NCBI RefSeq assembly: GCF_001194135.2
Contig: NC_068982.1
Coordinates: 154,088,433 to 154,152,432, forward strand
DNA length: 64,000 bases
Source of the DNA: Octopus bimaculoides
Taxonomy: Eukaryota
Reading direction: 5' to 3'
Shown: one piece after another, positions 52,131 to 63,996 of the stretch
How positions within the stretch are numbered: position 1 is the first letter of the stretch
How the letters are laid out: each line of letters starts with the position of its first letter
Position numbers and translations under genes: made by a program
The notes under the pieces: generated by a model
What the model saw: only the letters and a program-made list of their open reading frames with translations
Told to the model about the DNA's origin: nothing
Databases searched by the model: none

Positions 52131-53098
52131 ATTCACTAATCCAGACCCTGTCAGCCTTTTACATTGGGAATGATGCATTGAACTTCCAACAAGGTCCTTT
52201 GTTTAATAATAATGATTTCTGATATGAGTAAAAGAATTGGTGAAAAGGACATAGTCAATTATACTAATTCCCATAGTTAGTTGATTGATGCTTATTTTAT
52301 TGACCTTGAAAGATGAACTATAAAGTCAACCCTGATGTGGATTTAGAATCAAAAATGATATAATTAAACAGACCATAGTTATTTATCTGGTATGTAAGTA
52401 AATTGATAACAACTAGTGGGACCCGTGAATATTTCACGGAATTAATGATAAACTTATTGGGTTGTTTCTGAAAACTTTATCCAAAGAACCTGAAAGCGTA
52501 GCCTGTGTTGTGTCTGTATCAAAAGATAGTCAATCATCAGCTAATCACTGCAAAGCGAAGGAAATTGGAATACAATGATTACTTAATGCACGTTACATAT
52601 CCACTTTATATACTTTGCACACAATTTTATAGACTTAGTACACAACACTCTCCCACTTTCTCACTCTTCACCTTACCCTCTTTTTCTCTCCCTTTTCTTT
52701 CACTCTTTGCATTTCCCTAATCACATGAAAGTGTTACAGACAGGCTAAGTAATGGAGGGAAAAAAACTTAGTTAAAAAAAAAAAATACTCACCACCACCT
52801 CTCCCTCAACTAATCATGTGGAAGCATTATGAACAGGCTAAGTAACAGAGTGACAAGCAGAATTATTATAAGATTGCAAAAGATTGACAATCTTTGGAGC
52901 ACAAGACAAAATGCTTAGTTATGGCTGTTTATATTGTAAGTTCATTTCCTAACATCAACTTTGTCTTTCATCCTTCTAAAGAAGATAAACTAAAATACTG
53001 TCAAGCATTTTATTTGATATGTATTCTCATAATACATTCTATATCTGATCAGAATCACAATAAAGACTAAGACAAATATAATAAAATATATGTTTCGA

Positions 53099-53941
53099 AT
53101 TCTATTTCACTATTATCAGCATTTGCTGTTTCATTAAATTATGTTACCCAAAATCCCAAAAGAATATTTTTTTTCTCACTCGTGTTCTATCTCTGACCAC
53201 CCTAACTCTGGCCCCCTCTCTCTCTCTCTCTCTCTCTCTGTTTTGATAACCACTTACTTCACCAACACTTCCCCCTCCTCCACCACCCCACCCTATATAA
53301 ACTAGCGCATACACTCGGATTCCCCTACTGCATTTTAATAACTCCAAAAGAACACGAATCCAGAAGATGCTCAGATAAGAAATTTGTTTTTTTTTTCAAC
53401 CTCATACATCTACTGCTCTATTTCTGTGCAGATCATAAATCCCTTACTAGTTCTTTTCATTATTCTATCTATTTCATTACTATATAAACATAGTTTAAAC
53501 AGTTTCATCTTCTTCACTGTTGTCTTAAAACAAACTTAAGTTCCTTCACACACATTTACTATTCATCACCTATTCATTTATTCAAGTTTGTCACATCATC
53601 ACTTATTTCTCTAATTTTGTCACAGATTGGCTGACCGAAAATTCTAAGATTTTCCGATTCTATTTCACTATTATCAGCATTCACCGTTTCGTTAAACTAT
53701 GTTACCCAAAATCCCAAAAGAATATTTTCTCCCTCATGTTCTAAACCTGACCACCCTAACTCTGGTCCCCTCTATCTCTGTTTCACTCTATCTCTCTCTC
53801 TCTCTCTCTGTTTTGATAACCACTTGCTTCACCAACACTTCTCCCTCCTCCACCACCCCACCCTATATAAACTAGCGCATACACTTGGATTCCCCTACGG
53901 CATTTTAATAACTCCGCCGAAAGAATGCAAATCCAGAAGAT
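53099..53941 (+). repeat. Dispersed direct repeat of ~270-285 bp (53099-53368 and 53657-53941), each with (TC)n and CCCTATATAAA
   Basis: The two copies align end to end by eye. Confidence 0.92.
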
Positions 53942-54419
53942 TTTGGTATTTCATGGTACACCCGCCCACCACCACCACCTGTGCCGGAAGTCGCTATCCT
54001 CTGTCATCCTTTGGCCGTCTCCCATGAACACTTCTAAAGGCTTAACGCCATCCCCACCCCTACTTATGGTTTATCTCCTATGTAAGGTAGTGATGATCAT
54101 GTAGCACATTAAAAAAAGTGAAAAATGAAGGGGCCAAAAAAGTTCAAAATTCAGATATTTTACAATTTTCAGGAATCTCCGTGTCCGAAAGCGTGGGGTT
54201 TTGGTAAAAAAAAACAATAATTTGCGAGAAAATGTGGGGGAGGAGGAAGTCTTTCCAGGAAGGGTAGTGCCTCCGTATCCTTTAAGTACCACCGTGACTG
54301 ATAGAAGGAAAGAAAATATTTATTTTCCTCCAGCAACTATACATAAACTTTATTCATACTTAAATATATACATAAAAGTGAGCAAAAGAGAAAAAAAAAA
54401 AAAAAAAAAAAAAAAACAA

Positions 54420-54645
54420 TTAACCACCTTAGGTTGAAAATTTGGGGGTGCTGGGAAACCTCTCTAATGAGTTTTGAGGCGCGCCAGCACGCTTGCAGTG
54501 TTGCCGCGGGTGATGGCGAGACTGATGCGCTGGAAAAACCAAGCGCCCTCACGAGCTTCAACAGTTACCTCTGCTAGGCGAGCTGCCAGTGAAGACAGGA
54601 ATTTCGCAGTCAGTGTGCCGACCCCACCAAATGATGGAAAATGTA
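54420..54645 (-). mobile_element. 3' fragment of a CRE-like (restriction-like endonuclease) non-LTR retrotransposon
   Basis: GC-rich island encoding FGGVGTLTAKFLSSLAARLAEVTVEAREGAWFFQRISLAITRGNTASVL*, which matches the recalled CRE-clade C-terminal QRISxAIQRGNAxxxL pattern. Confidence 0.75.
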
Positions 54646-57459
54646 GTTGGCCGACAAATCGAAGTACTTCAGGATTTTGAAAGTAGTTGTCCTCAGAGCA
54701 GAAACCTGGCCTAAATGTTTGCAACAGATTGTACTCCGCTAAAAGTACTCAATGGCCAAGTGGTAATATCAAACCAACTGACAGATTAAACCTACCAACA
54801 GGAACGGTCTCTCCAACAGACTTTACACATAGCTTTCAACTCACATATTTAACCCAAGCCTATGGTAAAGAGACTTGTCCAAGGTACTACACACTGGAAT
54901 AAAACTGGAACTACGTTGCTGCGAAGTGAACTTGTTTGACAGACAACAATGCTTATGCTTACATCACAAGAATAAAAATGCTGATGCTTTGAGCAGGAGC
55001 TTGGTCGGTGAAAGAGGAAATGTAATCTGATATTGTTCAATTAATATAGTCAACTTCGTAAAATATTTTTATAACTGACTGGTTCTTGGTAATCTCTGAA
55101 TTAACTGTCCTAAATTCACAAGATTTACTTGTAAACAATACGAGTTTTTATACATTCCTGTTTCAAAACCAGTGATACATAACTTCACACACGCCAAACC
55201 AAATTCATCTTCAATCATAAAGGGACAATTTACAGAGTTCACTAAAAGTCATTCTAAAGAAAGCAACTTGTATCTGCTAACTTCAGGAAGCGAAACATGA
55301 AGATTACCCTTATTTTATGTATCTCAGACAGGGAGAACGAACGGAAAAGTTAATTTTGTGGAATTTGAAATCAAGCTATGAACAATAAAAGCGGGGTAAC
55401 TAAATACAAACTATTCCACTATTCTGACAAGCCAGTCTTTCTTCGAAGACTGATCAACTAAAAACAGTTGTTTAACTCTTCGTTATTTATAATTCATCAG
55501 ATTTTTATCAAAGTCTAATGTAGATCGTGGTTTGAGGGGATTTGATTGCTATTTCTTGCATGTCTGCCTTAACATGCAAGGTCTTGGAATTAAGTTCACT
55601 TTGAAGCCATGCAGTTAACGGTTTGAATCCAATGCGCGGCATCTTCGGCAAAAAAATCTTCTGTTGTAGTTCCGGGTTAACCAATATCGTGTGAGAAGTG
55701 AAATTGGGTAGATGAAACTGTGTGGAAGTCTATCTATGTGTTTGCGAGTGTGTATGTGTGTTGCTGAAGGGTACAAACATCGTCGAGAAACTGAAAAACA
55801 ATCAGTCCACTCACTCATGTTGCGAAGTCATTTTCCCGTCACTCACGACGTTGGAAACATGTAGCAAACCAAGCTATTATTCTCAAACTATGATATGAAA
55901 TAGACATAAAGAATACTAGATTCGATGCTCGACACCAACAACTTTGAACTTTTTTTCACAAAATGAATAGACTAAGACACTAAAGGAATTACCGTACTAT
56001 ATAGTTTTATATATAAATTATTATACGCAAGCAACCATACACTAAAATACCGGTGTGTATAACATTTATATGTACGTATTTTAAATATTGATCAGACTGC
56101 TATTTTATCATATTTATATTTTTAAAAATATCAAAATTGTTTTAAAACGGAAACAAGCACACGCACTGCAGTTTACTGCAATGAAGTACCCAAGCACCGG
56201 TGAGGCGCATTAAAAACACTCCAATTCTGTAAATATTCTGGTATTTTTTTACTCATCTCAAAAACTACCAGCAATTAGTAGGGCACAAGTGTGTTAAACT
56301 ACGGCACAGTGGTTGAAAAATGAAATTATGACCATTAAAAATGAAAATTATGTGATACAGTTGGTGTATATATATATATATATATATATATATTAACTGT
56401 GTGTAGTGTGAGAAATATGTTAGTGTTCAGCCCCAAATCACCAATAACCGAATAAACACATGATTAAAAGTGTTCTAGGCGTGACCATACCATCATTTTT
56501 GTATACATTGTCGCAGTGTTTTTAAAAGGAATAAGGTATGAGGGAAGATTTCACTGCCATCTCTGACATACCAGGTTATTACATAGAAGTTATAACTATT
56601 TTTTCAGCCTGCTCTCTTTATATATATTTCGTTACAATTATTAACGAACAATAACTTTAAAAATGTTATACTAACACTTAACGGAACTGATGGTATAACA
56701 CTTAACTTCCACACAACTTTAGAATAAAAGATATTTTTTACTACTACACTCATCTCCTGAGATGGGTGTAAAAGTTGAAAATACCTTACATACAAGTGTG
56801 TGTGTGTGTATATACACATACACACACATGTATGTGTATACTTCATAGATATGTAATCATAACTAACACGATTCAGTTACAAAAACAAATAAGATCATTT
56901 CTAAAAGAGAAGAAAAATGTAAGAGAATTGAGAAAGACAGTTTTAAGATCCTCTTACCTGCAATTTTAAATTAGGATTAACAGAAATATTATAATCCGAG
57001 AATTTCAGAAACAAACAGAATATTTCCTGGTGTAATATATTATCCGGATTACGGTCTGTCGCAAAATAGCAAGTGCAATACACGTTATGATTAAGTGACA
57101 GACACACCATAAAAATGATAGAGTTTATTTACATTAGAAATTTCTCAAAAAATCTACTTTTGACAGTTTTCGGTGGATCAGAATATATTTATTGTTTCTG
57201 TGCTTTCTTAAAATATATTTTCTACTTCTGATATTGCACGACAAACACAAATTTCAGATTAAACAAATTTTACGGAAGCTCTGAAGCGCAAAAATGTTAT
57301 TGATTGTAATTCCGATTCTCTCCCAACATGCAACTCCATAACAGTAACACTATTGAACACAAAGCGTTCATTTTAAATAAACACATGCACGCACATTCAA
57401 ACATTTGAGTGTATATGCATATCTATGTATATACACATATATGAGTGTGTATGTATTGT

Positions 57460-58492
57460 ATGTCACTATTCAGTTTATTTCAAGATTTCTTGCCAATAGA
57501 ACCAGTTTCTAACCTAGATCCAAACTTCCTTCATTGGAATTTCAACAGCAGGGTATTTTTGTTTGTATGTATGTATGTGCAGATTTGTATGTTTTATGTA
57601 TGTAGTCTCATGTGTATATTTGGATATCCAGGTATGCTCATGTATATAAATGATAAACTTCTGGAAAGTTTTACAGATTTTTGCTGTTTCAGGGATGGAT
57701 TGGATCTGTAGTCTTCGAATTAGCTTTCTCCTCTCTGGTTTTGGGAAGCCTAATTTCCCAAGATTGATATTTAGGCAGTATGTTACATATCCCAGGGCCC
57801 CAATAATTACAGATATAAACCTCAACTTGTAATCTGGATAGAGTAACTGCAGATTTCTCAATAGTTCAGCATAGGTGTTCTCTTTTTCACTGGTCTTCAG
57901 CTTTATGTTAACATCCACTGGGCAGCTAATTTCCACAACTGTGTACAGTTTCTCTTCCCTATCCCAAATCATTATATCAGGTCTGTTGAGCTTACATTTT
58001 ATTGAGGTTTTCACTGGTACATTCCACCAGTATTCCTTTTTATTATGAGTGGCTATGGCTTCTACCATATTGTGGGTTCTTATTACTTTGTCCTCGAGTT
58101 TATCTTTTCAACGGATTTCATTATAGAGTGTCCTAGCTACAACATCATGTCACATCGGTAGATAATACTGTGATGACATTTTCAGACAACTGCTTATGAT
58201 GTGCATGGTATCTTCAGTGTGAACTCCACAAAATCTGCATCAGTTGTTACATTTTACAGCTTTTCTTACATCTCTACCCCCTTTTGTGCATCAGGTACTT
58301 GGTTGATACTTCCTATTCCTGGATTGCAAACGCATTCTCTTCAATGTGGGAGGTAGTAATCTGGCTATTGGTCCATGATAAACTGCTTTGATGATCAATG
58401 TTACTATCATCAAGGAACTTTCTACTAACATATCCATGCATAGTCTTCTGCTCATATAGGCTCATCCTTTCTTCAGATGATACAAAAAGACA
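57460..58492 (-). mobile_element. Second, shorter copy of the R4/Dong-like element (CCHC, RLE, 3' UTR)
   Basis: ORF 57514-58068 reads NRPDIMIWD...EISCP...IIGALGYV. It is colinear with about 17640-18846 and is 5'-truncated at about 58492. Confidence 0.88.
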
Positions 58493-60595
58493 GTCTGATT
58501 GTCTGAAGACAAAAGTAAAGTTGTGTTGCAACTGTTTCTGCCTCAGCATTGCCAGCACAACAATTGTCTGAAGGGAAACCTATAATTCAGCCTTTTCTTG
58601 TCTTTGTTGAGCTGTGCCCCTCCCCCTGACAGGGGTGGGATTTGAATCTGTATTCCTTGTGAAAGGAAAACATTTCTGAACTGTGTTTTTGTGTTTCTTT
58701 TGTTAATTTATCTCTACTGAAATGTCAGTTGAGATTATTAGAGAAAAATGCTCTCTGGAAGAGAGTGAAGCTTTTGAGGCTAACCAGATGCCCCAAAAAT
58801 TACCATGGGCTTCACAGCAGTCGCCGCGATACATACTGAAAATCTGGAGATCCCATTTGGGGACCTCCAGGAGATATTCAAGAGGATGCTGGAGGCGGAG
58901 GGCAATGTTAAAATATCGCCTCCCGCTGATGCAACAGCAGAAATAATAAAAAGAACTGTTACATTTAAAACATTTTGCCCAAAGGAAAGAAAATGGCACA
59001 CATGGACCAAGATAAAATTGAAAAATGCCTTGCCCCAATTTGGAATGACATTATGTATATCTCAAGAGGGAGAAAATCTGGCAGTAAAAGCCAGGTTTAC
59101 GACAGCAGAGAAGGCCCACGAGCACTCTGTCAGCCCTTTAAAAACAAATGAAGTGGTGCTTCTGCTGACCTGTATGGGGCGGTGCATGTCCCATGTTAAG
59201 GTGGCAGAAATACTGCCGGAAATTGAAGCCGTGTGAGTGATGGCCGCCCTGTTATTTAACAGAGAGGACAAAATTAACATCCTACAAGTGACATGCTCTG
59301 CCCCACCATAATTGGCTCAGGTAGAGCATCATGACATTCATCCAAGTAGCTCCAGAAGATCTTGAAAAAATTCCCAATAGAGTGCTCGTGGGTGAGGACG
59401 TGGCCCTGAAAATTCAGGTGGAGGGAAAGAAGCCAAGGTGCTTCAAATGTAGTCAAAAGGGGCACATAAGGGCCGATTGTGACTCCAAGAAAAAGGAAGG
59501 ACAAACCTCGACACAAGAGGAAGAACGTTCAAAGGCCCAAACATCTGTAATTACATCCACACCTGGCCCCTCACAAACCCCAAAAACTACCCTCAAGCCC
59601 ACACACACACTAGCCCCTACACTAGCAAAGACATCCACACTCCCAACTGCGGTGCCCACACAAGTCCCCAAACAAATGCTTCAAAAGCCCCAACCCGACA
59701 ACAACAAAGATAACCACCCCTCAACGTCGATGGGTCCCCGATAACAAAAGTGTAACTCTTTCAGATGACACCATGGAGGTAATCGAGAGGGAGTTCACTG
59801 CTGTACGACACTCGGCCAAAAGACTATTGTCCCAATCCCTATCCACATGCCCTACAAAATCAGAAAACCTTGCAATACAGATAATTAAAAAAAAAACCAC
59901 CCAACCATCCCAGAAAAACCAGGGATAAGAGGATTTTGGTCGAATTCGACCCAAAGGAAAAATACACAAATGATGTGATTGCACCACACCACACTACAAT
60001 ATTATATCCAAAGCACAAGGCCTATCCTAGACAATGTGCCTGGGTAGAAGAAACGTTGTTTAAAGATCTGAAGGGGAGGCATCCAAAAGCTATTTTTAGG
60101 CTAAAAGACCTGAAATATCTAAGGAAAGAAAGAAAAAGAGGGGTCCCCTCACAAGACATTAGGTCGGCCCCTACATCACCAACAAAAATGAAAGTAGAAC
60201 CTTTACTTTTCCTGAAACTGACAACACTTAACCTTGGTTGTTTAAATGTGCATGGTCTGAGCTCGAAGTGAAGGCAAGCATGCTTCCTCAATGACCTCAG
60301 ATCACATGATGTACATGTGATGGTTGCTACAGAGACCAAGCTGGATAGGCTACAAACCTTCTCAGCTCTCCTGAATGGCTATGAGAAAATCATGTCTCCT
60401 GGCCAGACCAGAGGTCGTGGGGGTGTAGTAGTCTTGGTCTAAAAAGTCTTGGCTCTGCAGACAAGCACAGTGTGGACCCTGAAGGTGGGCTGGTCATCCT
60501 TGACGTGACATACAGCAACAAGGTCTTCAGCAACAAGGCAGCAAACTGACTTCTATCAGCACTGAGAGAACTTTCTCGTGACATCCAAGACATTA

Positions 60596-61088
60596 CATTA
60601 TTTACATTTGATGGATATTTGTCCTCATCTTGTATGTTGTTAACACAATGTTTTGGCTGATATACCCTCCAGCCTTCATCAGGTGTCTTAGGGAAATTTT
60701 AAACCTGGGTTCTCATTCCTAAAGTATTTTTCGATGTCATTATTATTATTCAGGTCACTGTCTGGAATCGAACTTGGAATCTTGGGGTTAGTAGCCCATG
60801 CTCTTAACCACTATGCCATATGCCATAACCACGGGCATATAGTGTAGTGGTTAAGAGCGTGGGCTACTAACTGCAAGATTCCGAGTTCGATTCCAGGCAG
60901 TGACCTGAATAATAATAATAATAATAATAATATCAAAAAATACCTTAGGAATGAGAACCCAGGTTCAAAATTTCCCCAAGACACCTGATGAAGGCTGGAG
61001 GGTATAACAGCGAACAAGATGAGGATAAATATGCGTCAAATGTAAATAATGTACCTAATCCGTCATCTCTTAAATATAGAACTGTATT
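60596..61088. mobile_element. Fold-back (head-to-head) tRNA-headed element with hammerhead-like tails, 13-bp TSD
   Basis: Inverted arms 60594-60824 and 60834-61053 surround a 9-nt loop. TSD atccaagacatta at 60583-60595 and 61089-61101. Excision restores ENFLVTSKTLVVLRDYNAILD in the host APE frame. Confidence 0.9.
60642..60687 (-). ncRNA. Degenerate type I minimal hammerhead ribozyme (Penelope-type)
   Basis: Minus strand reads GACAC-CTGATGA-A-GGCTG[GAGGGTATAT]CAGCC-AAAACATT-GTGTT. Stems I and II pair. Two CpG-type G>A changes separate it from GAAACGTT. Confidence 0.6.
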
Positions 61089-62249
61089 ATCCAAGACATT
61101 AGTTGTGTTAAGAGATTACAATGCTATCCTGGATAGCTGTGGCTCGACTGATTGGAGTGTTAACTTACACCTCATCGATCTGCTTAAGTGTTTTCAGCTG
61201 GCAGATCGTTACAGACTCTAGCACCTGGATGTTCCAGTGTGGACCTAGATGAATGGTGATGGGAAGCTCAAGTCTTACTTAGACAAGATAGTTATAAGGA
61301 TTAGAGATAAGTCTATCTTTAGCTGTCCACAGTTTGTTCAAATTGCCTACACCACACTACAGGCACTCTTTCAGGCAGGCAATACCAACAACAGGAGTTC
61401 CACTGCAGATTTCTATATTGGGTTAGCGGAATTTACATCAGACGATGTCCTAGGGGAGACCCTGGGTTTCGATGGAAATCAGTTGATCAACCTGTTCAGA
61501 ACTTTCGGGCCTGGGTATCTGGATAATTGCCAGAAATCCATGGCTTGGCAGTGCTACCATTCAGCTTTGCCTGTTCGAGACAAGCTGTCAAGGCATGAAA
61601 GTGCCATCTCGCCAACATGCCCGAAGTGCGGGCAGGACAGAGAAACTGTCTTGCACGCCTTTGTGGAGTGTCCGGAATTATCGAGCTTTTATCAAGCAAC
61701 TGTTGTCAACGATGGGAAGAGTACAGCTACCGGCTGAGTCTATTATCAAGATTGTACCTCCTCCTTCCCTTAACAAGGAAAGGAAGGCTTGTTTTTTCTG
61801 CGTAGTAGCCATACTGAAAGAAACAGTATGGAAGATGCATGTAAGAGGTATAGTGACGGGTACCTTCGTCTCCAGTCAGGGGTTGGTTAACTTCTTTAGT
61901 TACCACCTCAATAGCAAGAGATACCTGTCACATGATATGTTCGCGAAAAGATGGGAGCAAGTAGTGAGCAAGCTGCGAGTGACTGGAACCAGGTAAATGG
62001 GGCCAGAAGGAAAAGTAAAGGTTCGAACCTGGCGGTTGGATGCCTTTCCTTCAGTCACATATTGCAAAATTTGCAATGATCATCAAGTTCATATTGAAAA
62101 TTTTAAAAGGAAATAAAATTATATAATTTTTAACAGTATGACATAAATATTTTATCATTCGAAACTGTTTCATTCGTAATAACTTCTTCACCCTCTATGT
62201 CTGTCTGTCCTTGTTTGTCCCATCTATGTACGGCTTCCACAGCCAATTT

Positions 62250-62945
62250 ATGAAATAAAGAAGCTTGCTTCCCAACCACATGGTTCTGGGTTCAGTCACA
62301 CAGCGTGGCACCTTGGGCAAGTGTTTTCTATTATACCCTCGGGCAGACCGAAGCTTTCTGAGCGGATTTGGTAGACGGAAACTGAAAAAAGTCCGTCGTA
62401 TATATATGTGTGTGTATGTGTTTTTAGTAGAAAGTGGGTTATACATCTTTAGATTGTATACCTGACTTTCTACTTTAAAATTGAAGAAATGGACGGAACG
62501 CTGAACTCCAGACTAAACAACATTTATTTACTTGGTAAAACATACAAATCTTTAGTTATACATCTTTAGAGGTGAGAATAACGAGCTGTCGAGTATAAGA
62601 CCGAAAGATGTAGGGACAGCTTTAAACATACGTCCATGCTCAATCGCTGGCCAGCGTGAAAGAGAATGAATTGAGCGGGAAACGCTTGCTTTATTAATTC
62701 CACGCATGCGTAAGACTACGCATGCGCAGGCGTTACTACATGTTTGTCTTCGTGCCTGTGTTTGACAACCGGTGTTGGTGTGTTTACGTGCCCGTAAGCT
62801 AGCGGTTCGGCAATAGTTGCCGATAGAATAAATACTAGGCTTAAAAAATAAGTCCCGTGGTCGATTTGTTCGACTAAAACCCTTCAAGGCGGCGCTCCAG
62901 CATGGCCGCAATCATATGACTGAGACAAATAAAAGAAAAAAGAAT
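62250..62945 (+). mobile_element. tRNA-derived SINE (family C) split by a solo LTR
   Basis: The 5' half (gcttcccaaccacatggttctgggttcagtc...ggtagacggaaactg) ends at about 62422. The 3' half (ttgacaaccg...gcgctccagcatggccgc) resumes at 62741. Confidence 0.75.
62423..62740 (-). mobile_element. Solo LTR, 318 bp, 4-bp TSD TGTT
   Basis: Termini TGTAGTA...TACTAAA on the minus strand; TGTT at 62419-62422 and 62741-62744; internal AATAAA. Confidence 0.75.
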
Positions 62946-63690
62946 AATTCAAATAGTGATTTTTAAAAATTGTAATGTAAATAATTGTTTAAATTATAAG
63001 TAATACATTCATTCATACATAATAATCTTTAATGGGTATGATTCAGCAAAACGTGTTCTAAAAAATTCATTCAAAAACGTTTGCCTATGAAGGCAATTGT
63101 ACGGTATAGAAATAGAATTAGAATGATCTAATCATTTTTTCAATGGAAACAGTTTAAGTTAGAATACGTCATGACACCATGTGAACCACAGATTTGGTCA
63201 TTCAACCTATAAGAAATAGCGACCAAATACATATCAAGACAATTACCCCCTTTCTAATATATTAAGAAGNNNNNNNNNNCCGCCGACGACAACTATTCTC
63301 TAGGACGATTATCCCGCTTGGTTAATTACCCCCTTTCTAATATATTAAGAAGTATTAAATCATCATCTGTGGTCCTCAGGAGTAACTGTCCGGGAAGCGG
63401 GGTTATTGTTCATGGGGGTGAGGTAAATGTTCTAGACTCACCAAACCAAACCCTACTGTCGTAAAAGGAATAAATCATTTTGAGTAATAGAGACCTAAAT
63501 GCATAATTCCTAAAACAAGACCGTGTGGTCACGGTTGGACTCCATTTGATCGTAGCTCTGCTTCGTCAGAGTTGATTTTGAAGTTAAACAAAAACAACAA
63601 CAGGTCTTCATGAGTAATCAAAATATAATTTACTATCGACTTAATTTGGAGAAAATCCCGACCGTCATGTCTAATTAACAATTAAGACTA

Positions 63691-63996
63691 TGTAGTAACG
63701 CCTGCGCATAATTAATAAAGCAAGCGTTTCCCGCTCAATTCATTCTCTTTCACGCTGGCCAGCGATTGAGCATGGACGTATGTTTAAAAGCTGTCTCTAC
63801 ATCTTTCGGTCTTATACTCGACAGCTCGTTATTCTCACCTCTAAAGATGTATAACTAAAGATATGTATGTTTTACCAAGTAAATAAATGTTGTTTAAGTT
63901 GTTTAGTCTGGAGTTCAGCGTTCCGTCAATTTCTTCAATTTTATAGTAGAAAGTCAGGTATACAATCTAAAGATGTATAACCCACTTTCTACTAAA
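63691..63996 (+). mobile_element. Solo LTR, 306 bp, 4-bp TSD ACTA (same family)
   Basis: Termini TGTAGTA...TACTAAA; ACTA at 63687-63690 and 63997-64000; near-identical to 62423-62740. Confidence 0.75.

Larger units (their letters stand above)
58493..62090 (+). mobile_element. Tx1/L1-like non-LTR element: ORF1, APE and C-terminal CCHC, with the RT deleted
   Basis: ORF1 has VEGKKPRCFKCSQKGHIRADC. The APE reads LNLGCLNVHGL...VATETKL...RDYNAILD...SYLDKI and joins at about 61355 directly to the C-terminal AWQCYHSALPVRDKL...CPKCGQDRETVLHAFVECP. There are stops and frameshifts. Confidence 0.85.

Noticed and set aside
54839-54844. GTGAGT donor (minus strand) as the end of the APH-1 non-coding first exon
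   Set aside because: The adjacent sequence is a SINE remnant and there is no independent promoter evidence. It cannot be supported without transcripts.
60834-60905. Genuine tRNA gene
   Set aside because: A and B boxes are present, but the acceptor stem does not close properly and the sequence continues into a repeat body. It is a tRNA-derived head; SINE heads elsewhere were treated the same way.
63240-63352. Repeat of aattaccccctttctaatatattaagaag
   Set aside because: It straddles a 10-N gap and is probably an assembly overlap.
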